Below, piece after piece: positions 53,667 to 64,000 of a DNA stretch of 64,000 bases. Under the pieces are notes generated by a model. It saw only the letters and a program-made list of their open reading frames with translations, did not search any database and was not told the DNA's origin. A program made the position numbers and the translations under genes. Source of the stretch: Mobula birostris (lineage: Eukaryota); NCBI RefSeq assembly GCF_030028105.1, contig NC_092397.1, positions 23,756,630 to 23,820,629 on the forward strand, given 5' to 3'. Numbering within the stretch: the first letter of the stretch is position 1; each line of letters starts with the position of its first letter.

Positions 53667-56129
53667 TCACTCAGGTCGCTGCTCACTGACAAACTGCCTG
53701 TTGCTGTCTCCTTTTATACACAGCGCCCCGACCTGCCCGAGAAACGCGCAGAGAGACAGAGGCGGGGAGGGGAGGAGACAGAGTCAGAGTGACGGACAGA
53801 GCCGAGAGCGGCCTCTCATCGTCCAGCTCCACCTTCACTTTACCACAACCGCCAATTTCCAACGATTCATCCGACACAAAGCGCTCCAGCGAAAAACAAA
53901 ACTCCCCCACACACAGTCTGAAAAGAACGAGAGCCAATGTCAGGCTAATAAACATGGTGGGACTGATGGGCTGAAATGAGTTTATTTCAACACTAGGAGT
54001 ACTATGTTATCGGACGGACAGGGCTGGCAGCTCAACATTCCTGGGTTTCATTGTTTTACATGTGAGTGGGGGGTTAAAAATGCAGAGGTTACCTCACTGG
54101 GAATGTCACAGCAAACTGGAAGGTTCATTTACAGAGGCAATCTGCAGTTACACTATTGGGGTGTTTGTATTGGCCCCGCAACAACCAGTGGGGGGACATT
54201 ATCTTCTCTAGATTAACTGGAACTTGCTTAATTCTTAAATGCGCCAGATTTCTTCAGTGAATCTGAGAGGTGTTTGAAACATTATGTACAGGGCCCAACC
54301 AGAGGTGAGAACAGATGGGAATGAGCCAGGCCAGGTGACAGTTGAGAGTCAGTGAACATTTTGGGAACAGTGATCACAAGTTTCTTTTTTTCTTAGTTAC
54401 AAGTAAAAATAAAAGTAGATCTTGTATGAAGGTACTAATTTGCAGGAGGACAAGTCAGGACGGAGGAAGACAGGAGCCAGGCAACATTGATTGGGAGCAG
54501 CCACTGTCAGACAAGTCCACATCTGATGTGTGGGAGTTGTCTAAAGACCAGCTACTCTGAGTTCAGGATCAGCATGTTCCGGTGAGGAGTGAGGAGAAGG
54601 GATCTTTAGACAAGCAGAGAGATCCTAAATTTAGTCAAAAGGTTATGGAAGGTTTGTGAAGCTAAAGTCAGACTGGGTACCTTTGGAATATAAAGGTAGC
54701 AGGGAAATGCTAAAGCAGGTGATAGGAAAGGCCAAAAGGGGCCACAAACTGTCCTTGTAATGTAGGACCAAAGATGATCCCAAGGCCTTGTGATTTGTAT
54801 TAATAAGACGAGGATAACCAGAGAATAGAAATGTCGACTCAAGATTAAAGGAGGAATGATGTGGTTGAAGTCAGATCAAGTGGCTGAGGTACTAAATGAG
54901 TATGTTGTGTCAGTATTTACTGAAGTGAAGGAATTGAATGGCAATGAAAACAGAATGAGGCATGCGAATGTGCAGAGACATTTTGAGATTAAGGAGCAAG
55001 TTGTGCTGGGACGTCTGAAAAGCAATAAGATGGCTAAGACTCCAGGGCCTGAAGGCAAATATCCTACAACAGTGAAAGAAACAAGTGAGCAGATTGCCGG
55101 TGATTTGACAAGGATCTATGTGTCCTCGATCACAACATGTGAGGTCCCACAGGACTAGAGTGTCAGAAATATTGCAGCTTTGATCAAGAAGGGAAATAAC
55201 AAGAATCCAGGAATCTATGGGCAGGGCAGCCTCATTTCAGTGGTAGAGAAGCTACTGGGGAGGATATTGAGGCACAGGATTTATGCACATTTGGAAAGGC
55301 ATGGCCTGCTTAGGGACAATCAACATGGTTTTGTGTGGGCAGATCATGCTTGACAAAATTGATTGAGGTTTCTCAGGAAGTGACACAGGCTAAGATATAG
55401 GAGCAGAATTCAACCATTTGGCCCGTCGTCTGCTCCGACATTTCATTGTGGCTGATCCATTTTCCCTTTCGGCCCCAGTCTCCTGCCTTTCCCCTGTATC
55501 CCTTCATACTCTGACCAATCAAGAATCTATCAACCTCTGCCTTAAATATACATAAAGTCCTGGCTTAACAGCTCCCTGTGGCAATGAATTCCACAGATGA
55601 ACCACTTTCTGGCTAAAGAAATTCCTCATCTCCACATTCTACAAGGATATTCTTCTATTCTGAGGCTGTGTCCTGATATTAGACACTCCCACCCATCTTC
55701 TGCACATCCACTTTATCACTGCCTTTCACCATTCGATAGGTTTCAATTGGGCCACCCCTCATTGTTCAAAAATTCCAGTGAATACAGGCCCAGAGCCATC
55801 AAACACTCTTCATATGACAAGATGTTTCATCCTGGAATCAATCTGGAGAACCTCCTTTGAAACCCATCGAGTTTCAGCTCATCCTTCCTAAGATGAAGAG
55901 CCCAAAACTGCTCACAATACTCCAGTGAGACCTCCACAGTACTTAATAAAGTCTGATCATTACTATGATTGGCGCAGATATTGTGAGACGAAGGGCAGGT
56001 TGCCATCTGTTCCATATTGTGTACTGATGAATATGTTTGATCTGACAGTAATTGCAGGGACATGGTTACAGAGACTGGGACTTCGACATTCCACTATATT
56101 CAATGTTCCACACGGAATTGGCAAAATGT

Positions 56130-57630
56130 AAGTTATTAGGTTTTATTGTTTTGCAATGGATTTAATTTGGCTTTTTTGACACTGATCAACAGAAAAGACT
56201 ATGGTGTCAAAGTGAAAACAGATCTAAATTAATTGTAAATATGAAACAAAATAATTCATTGCCTTAGTATTTACCTCCTTCAAAGCCTTAATTAGTTGAT
56301 GCACCTTTGGCAGTATTTACAGTTGAGTCTGTGTCGATAGGTGTCTATCAGCTTTGCACATCTGAACACTGCAATTTTTCCACATTCTTCTTTACAAAAC
56401 TGCAGAAGCTCTGTCAGAATGCATGGGTTAGTGAGCGAACACTTCTTTTCAAGTCCAGCCACAAATTCTCAATTGGATTGAGGTCTGAACTCTCACAAAG
56501 CCACTCCAGGACATTAACTTTGTTGTTTTAAGGCATTCCTTTGCAGCTTTGGTTTTATGCTTGTGGTCATTGTCATGCTGGAAAATTAATTTTCTCCTAA
56601 GTCGCAGTTCTCTTGAAGACTGAATTTGGTTTTCCTCCAGGATTTCCCTGTATTTTGCTGCATTCATTTTACCCTCTACCTTTATGTGCCTTTCAGGGCC
56701 TGCTGCAGTGAAGCATACCCACAGGATGATGCAGCCTCCACCATACTTCACGGTAGGGATGGTATGTTTTTGATGTTGTGCGGTGTTTGGCTTACTCCAA
56801 ACTTAGTGTTTGTGATGGTCAAAAGGTTCAATTTTGTTTTCATCAGACCATAGAATCTTCTTCCAACTAACTTCAGAGTCCCCAACAATTCTGGGAAACT
56901 CCAGGGAAGATTTCATCAGAGCATTTTTCAACACTGGCTTTTTCTCTGCCACTCTCCCGTAAAGCTGCGACTGGTGAAACACCCGGGCAACAGTTGATGT
57001 ATGCACAATCTCTCCCACCACTGAAGCTTGTAACTCCTCTAGAGTTATCATAGGTCTCTTGGTGGCCTCCCCCACTGGCCCCTTCTTGCATGGCCATTCA
57101 GTTTTTGAGGATAGTCTGCTCTTGGTAGATTTACAGCTGTGCCATATACTTCCCACTTCTGGATGAGTGACTTAACTGTACTCCAAGGGCATTCAGTGAC
57201 TTGGAAATGTTCTTGTATCCAACTCCTGGCTTGTGTTTGTCAATTACCTGTTTGCAGAGCAGCTCAGAGTGTTGATTTGTCTTCACGGTGTAGTTTCTCC
57301 CAGGATACTGACTCACCAGCAGTTCGACCTTCCACTTACAGGTGTACTATTACTACAATCAATTGAAACACCTTGACTGCACACGGTGATCCCCATTTAA
57401 CTGATCATGCAACATCGAAAACTAGTTGGCTGCACCAATGATGATTCGGTGTGTCAGTGTCATATTAAAGGGGGTGAATAATTAAACAGACAATTATTTT
57501 GTGTTTTAGATTTGTAATTAGTTCAGAGCATTTTGTAGAGATTTGTTTTCCCTTTGACACAAAAGAGTCTTTTTCCATTGATTGGTTTCAAAAAAAGCCA
57601 AATTCAATCCACTGAGATTCAATGCTGTAA
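56130..57630 (-). mobile_element. Tc1-family DNA transposon, near complete but dead
   Basis: ILWSDENKIE, KYGGGCIILWVCF, FQHDNDHKH and SPDLNPIENLW in broken frames; long degenerate TIRs ~56130-56285 and ~57465-57630. Confidence 0.9.
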
Positions 57631-60600
57631 ATTTTCATAGGAACTTTATATGTAGGGACAATGATGGTGAAAGGGGGAGGGAAAGACAACATTGGTAGGA
57701 GCGGCCTCAAGATCCTGGGGTGTGGTCAAAGGCATTCAAGGAAATATTAAATCAAAGAACATACAAAGAGGCGCTGGTGGTGCACAAGAGAATCAGAGAT
57801 TTTCTAGGAACCAGTGAAAAGCTAAAAGTAAAAAGGAACACGCAGAGAAGTTAACTCAATAATTTGCATTAGTGCTCACAGTGGGTCACAGCAAACATCG
57901 CACAGATATCTAACGGTGACATTTCAACATTGTGCCATAATGTATAACAATTGGCATCACAAGGGAGAAACTAATGGGACTAAAAGCAAACTTTACCAGG
58001 TCCCAACGACCTGCACTGGAGGGTTTCACAGGAAGTCTGTAGAGAAAGTAGAGACATTGAAGTTTGTCAAAACTCACTGTTACAGAAAGGTCCCAGTGGA
58101 GTTGAAAACCATTGCTGAAGAAGGGTGGAAGATAAAAAGCAGATAACTGTAGTCCTGTTAACTTCACTTCAGGTCCTGGAGTTGATAATCTATCAAGAAA
58201 TAACAAATCATTTGGAAAAGTTCAATGTCTACAGTCAGGTTCACACAGATTCCACGATGACCAAAGTTCCCATCTGAGCTTGTGGTCTGTAACCCCCTCA
58301 CCACCACATTATGAAGAAAGTTATCCTCCTCCTTGTCCCATTTCTCTGCATTTGGCCCAGATACTTCAAAACCTTTTCTTTCCATCTATCTGTCCAAGTG
58401 CCTTTTTAATGTCCCTGACTCAACCATTCCCCCTAGCAGCTCATTCCATTTCCAGCCTCCAGGTCCCTCATGATTTTATACACCTCTGCAATATCAGCAC
58501 TCATTCTCCAACATTACAGGGAAAATTATCCAAAACACCTTTCCACAAATCCTTTGAGATCCAGTAACATCCCCATAAATCTCCTCTGTGCTCTTTCCAG
58601 CTGAATGGTGTCTGTCATACAGCAGGGTCACAGAAACTAAACACTATTTGCAAAATGTGGCCAAACCAACGTGTTGGACAACTGCAACATCTCATCCCAG
58701 CTTCTATATTCGGGGCCCTGAGTGAAGGCCAGTGTTCCAAAAGCCTCTTCACCACCCTGTCCATCTGGAACCTGGTCTTGGACCCTGTAACCTGGGTTGT
58801 TGAATGTTAAGTCATGTTTGACAAACACACCAGAGATTTAAGACTTTACAGGGGAAGTTGGAGAAGTGGTGTTTTTGGATTTTCAGGAGCCATTTGCCAA
58901 GGTGCCACAAGTAAGGCTGGTGCACAAGACCAGAGCTCAGTACTGGGAAGGAAGTGTGTTAATACTGACTGAAGACTGGTCATCATACTGAGACAGAATA
59001 ACAGGTCTGTTTCAGACTGGGATGATATAACTAGTGGAGTGTCCCAGCGACCAGTTCTGGATTGTCAATGATTTATTATTGATATTAATGACCCGGAGGA
59101 GCGGCAGAGAGTGAGGAATCCACGGTGGCAATGACAGTGAATGTGGTGGGGGACATGTTGTGATTGGACATTTCATCTCTTCAATGGGACATGGGAAGCT
59201 GGTGAGCAGAATACATGGTAAACGGAGTTTAATGTGGTGAAGTGTGAAGGCATGTCGAGTGGTAGGAGGAATCAAAAGTCAAACTATTATTTATGTGGAG
59301 ATAAATTATAAATGAGAGAAATAGAGAGGGGTCGAGGTGCTGAACTACACAACAAAATAGAGACAGGAGCAGTGAGTGGTTCATAAAGCCATATATGACC
59401 AAGGTTTAGAGCTGAATGGTCCATTGACATTTACTGCTGGGGTGTTGGTGCAGAGAAACAGAGAAGTGTTGTTACTGTGACAGACAAGTGCACAATGATG
59501 GATTTTGGGAAGTTAAAGCAGGTCAGGACATACCCAGTGAATGGAGGGTCCTGAGGAGTGTTGATGAAAGAGAAACCTGGGGCACAGGTACCGTACTCCC
59601 TGAAAGTGGCAACACAGGCAGACAAGGTGGTGAAGAAGGAGCACAACATGCTTGTCTTCATCGGCAAAGGCTCTGAGAGGAGTTGGGACATCACATTACA
59701 GTTGTACAAATCAATAATGACACCACACCAGGAGTACCCTGTGCAGTTCTGGTTACATGAGAGGAAGGATGTGATTAAGCTGGAAAGGTGCAGAAACAAT
59801 TCACAGGAATGTTACCTGCTCTGGGGGCTTGAGTTACAAGGAAATATCAGACTGACTGGGACTGTTTTCCCTGGAGTGAAGGAGACTGAGGGGGAGACCT
59901 GACAGAAGATTATAGAACTATGAGAGGTGTAAACAAGGTAAACAGGCAAGATCATTTTGCCAGGGTAGAAATATCAAATATGAGAAGGCGCAGCTTTAAA
60001 ATGCCAGGGTGAGAATTTAAAGGTGGACATTAGGACAGGTAAGATTTCTGTTTCTGTACAGAGAGTGGTGAGGGCCGGGTATGGGCTGCCATGGGGAGTG
60101 GTGGAAGCAGATATGATAATGACATTTAACAGGGTTTTAGATAACCAAATGAATATTCAGAGAATTGAAGCACATGAATTATAAGCAGGCAGAAGAGACT
60201 TAGTTTCATTTGGCATCGTGTTCAGCACAGACATCATGGGAAGAAGGGTCTGTTCCTGTGCTGTACTGTTCTGTGTTCTCGGTGAGCCTCAGTGACAGGG
60301 GAGTCTTTAGCCGGGGTCACAGACAAGTGTATCTGTGGCAAGGAGAGAGACTGAACGATGGTGCATTGCCTCCCTGGTAGCAGGGCCAAGGATGGAATTG
60401 AACAAGTACAGGCCATTCTGAAAGGGCAGGGTGAGCAGCCAGAGGTCGTGGTCCATATTGACACCAACAAAAGAGAAAAGTCCTGCAAGGAGAACTCAGG
60501 GAGTTGGGGAAAAAGTTAAGTGGAAACTCTGTGGTCGGGGGGTGGGGGGTGTGGAAATCCCAGTGCCACCTGCTAGCGAGGGAAGAAATAAAAGTGTGAT

Positions 60601-60689
60601 ACAGTTATATGTGTGGTTCACGAGCTGGTGCAGGATGGAGGGTTTTAGTTACATGGATCATTGGGCTCTCCTTCAGGACAGGTGATGGG

Positions 60690-61260
60690 AAGAGTAAGAT
60701 GTCAGCAACTGGCATTGACGGATGTGGATTAACACAGGAAGTAAGTCCAAATGGATAAATTACAGTGTCTCAGTAGCATTACAAGTGCACAGATATACAA
60801 ATATCAGAAGAGAAGCAAGAGAAAGAATAAAAAGTAAGTTACCTCTAACAGTCTAACATGGGGGTGGGGTGGGGGGGGGGGTCATCACTTCCCCGGCTAT
60901 AGGTTGACTCATTATTGACCCTGACAGCCCAGTGTAAGAATGACTTCATACAGCGCTCCTTGGAGCAGCAGAGTTGTCTTATTCTGTTACAGAAGGTGCT
61001 CCTCTGTTCAGCCAAGGTGGCATGCAGAGGGTGAGAAACATTGTCCAGGATTGCCAGGATTTTCCGTAGGGTCCTTTGTTTTACCACGGCCCCCAGTGTG
61101 TCCAGTTTCTCTCCTATAACAGAACCAGCCTTTCCAATCAGTTTGAGTCAGATGGCATCACCCATGTTGGTGCCATTGGCTCAGTACACCACTGTGAAGT
61201 TAGGCCGAGTTACTGAGCACAGTGGCACTGAGGGCCTGAAGTGTGTTTATATCAGTGCAG
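60690..61260 (-). mobile_element. Rex1/L2-like LINE 3' fragment, right arm only
   Basis: ILAILDNVSHPLHATLAEQRSTFCNRIRQLCCSKERC (60845..61087). Confidence 0.65.
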
Positions 61261-64000
61261 TGTAGAACGGTTACGGCAGACGTACTTAGAGCCTGGATTA
61301 GTACATGGCATGCTGACTCAGCCATTACAGAGATCTGGCTGAGAGAAGGGCAGCACTGACAGATAAACATTCCAGGATTCAGATGATTCAGACAGTCCAG
61401 GGGAGGTGAATGAGGTTCGGGCTCTGTACTGCTGATCAGGCAGAATGTCACAAGGTCAAGGTCATCCCAGAGGCTCATCCAGTAAGACAATGTGGGTAGA
61501 AATCAGGAATAAGAAAGGTGCAATCACCATGATGGGATTATACTGTCGGCCTCCCAATAGCCAGTAAGAGACAGAAACAGATATGTTAGCAGGTTATGGG
61601 ATGATGCAAAAACTGCAGAGTAGATTTGGTGAGTGAATATCTCCTCAGAGTAACTGGGACTCCGTTACACCCTGAGGCTTGGATGGGGCATTATTTGTGT
61701 TCAGGAAGGTTTCCTGAAACAATATGTCGTCCACCAGGGAGGGCGACATTCTTGACTTCACCTTGGGAAATATGGGACTCAGCAGAGTGGTGGCAGGAAC
61801 AACCAGTGTTCAAAGAGGAATTAGACAGGTCCTTCAGGGGAAATGACCTGCACAGCTGTGGGGACAGAGTGGGGAATGGGATTGTGGAAATGTTGTAGCA
61901 GGAGTTGGTATTAACTTGATGGGTCAAATAGTCTCGACGATCACAGAATGATTCTCTGCCCAATAATAGTCTGAAAGGATCATTCTGGTCGCCAGTGAAT
62001 CTTCCAAGCTCCAGGATGGACAAGATCAATTGTGTAATAAGGACACACTTCTGTCGAAACACTGACACTGTATACCAAGCACACTGAGCTGCCAGAGCAC
62101 AGCACCGGCCAGTGAGGACACAGACCAGTACAACACCTGGCTCTCTACTACAAAGTTCAAAGCTGAAAATAAATGTACTATCAAAATACATTTCTGTCAC
62201 CATATACAACCCTGAGATTAGTTTTCTTGTGGGCATACTGCTGGTTTGTTAGAGCAGTTGGGGAGGGTTGAAACTAATTCGGCAGGGGCGTGGGAACAGG
62301 CATGAAAAGACTCAGGGTAGGACAGATGGTAAAGAAAGCAAAGATCGCATGCAGTCACACTGTCAGGAAGGGCAGGCAGATGATAGGACATAACTGCAGC
62401 CAGCAGGGTGAGTATCAGTGCATGAGGGATGCAGAATCAATAAGGGTAGCAAATACAGTAATCAAACTGTTATATCTCAATACGCAGAGTATAAGAAATA
62501 AGGTGGATAATCTTATTGCCCTATTATGGATTGTTGTGACCATCACTGAATCACGGCTGAAGAATGTTTGTAGTTGGGAGCTAAGTGCCAAGGTTACACG
62601 TATCAGCGGGATAGGAAGGTAGGCAATGGGGATGGAATGGCTCTGCTGATAAAGAATGGTAACAAATCAGTAGAAAGATGTGACAAAGGATCGGAAGATG
62701 TTGAATCCTTGTGAGTTGAGGTAAAAACCTGCAAGTGTAAAAAGGACGTTGATGGCAGTTGTACACAGGCCTACAACAGTTGCTGGGATGTGGGCCACAG
62801 ATTACAACAGGAAATAGAAAAGGCAGGTCAAAAGGGGAATGTTATTTGAGATTTCATGGGAGTCAGGGGAGATTTTAACATGCAGGTTGATTGGGAAAAT
62901 CAGGTTGGAAATAGATCTCAAGAGAGTGAGTTTGCTGAATGCTGAACAGATGGCTTTTTGGAGCAGTTTGTCATTGAGGTACTAGCGGATCACCTATACT
63001 GGATTATGTGTTATTGAATAAACTGGAGGTGATTTGGGAGCTTAAGGTAAAAGAACCCTTAGGAGGCAGTGGTCTCAGTATCACTGAGTTCAACTTGAAA
63101 TTGGACAGGGAGAATGTACAGTCTGACACAGCAGTGTTTCAGTGGAGTTAAGGTAGTTACAGTGGTTTGAGAGAGGAGTTGGCTAAAGTAAATTGGAAGG
63201 AAATGCTGGCAGGGATGGCAGCAGAGCAGCAATGGTGTGAGTTTCTGGGGAAAATGAGGAAGGTGTAGGATAAATGTATTCCAGAAACAAACAAATACTC
63301 AAATGGCAAAATAGTACAACCGTGGCTGACAAGGAAGTCAATGCTAATGTAAAACCAAAAGGGAGGACATACAACAAGCAAAAATTATTCAGAATACAGA
63401 GGATCGGGAAGCTTTAACAGCTGACAGAGAGCAACCTAAAGAGGGAAGAGATGAAACATGCAAGCAAGCTGGCAAACATGATCAAAATGGATAGTTTTAG
63501 CTTTTTCAAGTACGTAAAAATAAAAGAGAGGTGAGACTGGGTAAAGGACTGCTAGAAAATGAGGCCAGAGGAATAATAACGGCGGGGGTTGGGGGGGATA
63601 CAAGGAAATGGCAGATGAACTAAATGAGTATTTTGTATCAGTGGAAGATACTAGCAGTGTGCCAGGTGCTGAAGGGTGTGAGGGAAGAGAGGAGCAGTTA
63701 TTATTACAAGGGAAAAGGTGCTCAAAAAGCTGAAAGACCTGAGGGTTGATAAGTCACCCGGACCAGATGAACTGTACCCCAGGGTTCTGAAAGAGGTAAC
63801 GCTCCTGACTGACCGTGTGAAGGAAATGGAGCTGGAGATGGACAGACCCAGAGTTTCCAGGATGCTGAGACCAGAGATTCAGTGGGTTGGTCAAACCTGA
63901 GGTCAGGCTGCAAATAGTTTGGTCGCGACCACGACTGGAAAGGGGAAGAGACAGACAGTGCAATGTCTCCCTGTGGCTGTGACCCTCGGTAACAAGTACA

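Noticed and set aside
56130-57630. Active or domesticated transposase
   Set aside because: Multiple frameshifts and stops; TIRs degenerate

Overview
Eukaryotic, vertebrate-type DNA. The repeat repertoire (CR1, Rex1/Babar, Penelope-derived short elements, Tc1) suggests a cartilaginous fish, probably a ray; this is inference. The window holds a replication-dependent histone cluster with seven intact genes: H4(+), H3.2(+), H1(-), H2A(-), H2B(-), H2B(-) and H4(-). Each has a TATA-containing promoter, a 3' stem-loop and a histone downstream element (HDE). Around them lie relics of dead histone genes: a 5'-truncated H3, an orphan H4 3' end, an orphan H2A promoter and an orphan H4 promoter. The cluster sits between the arms of a large degenerate inverted duplication (~15.8-27.6 kb vs ~52.9-64 kb). 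Most of the rest is decayed retroelement DNA, and most ORFs in the six-frame track are TE fragments or antisense shadows. The most notable signals are: (1) a candidate spliced transcript firing divergently from the H2B promoter (donor 41557, 21-nt microexon, decayed C2H2 zinc-finger exon); (2) a CpG-rich 27-bp x ~52 minisatellite open in five frames, found in one arm only; (3) dispersed minimal hammerhead-ribozyme motifs in Penelope-derived short elements; (4) a separate CRE/E-box CpG-island promoter with a first exon at ~7.7 kb. No CRISPR, rRNA or tRNA genes were seen. TE boundaries are by eye and approximate.
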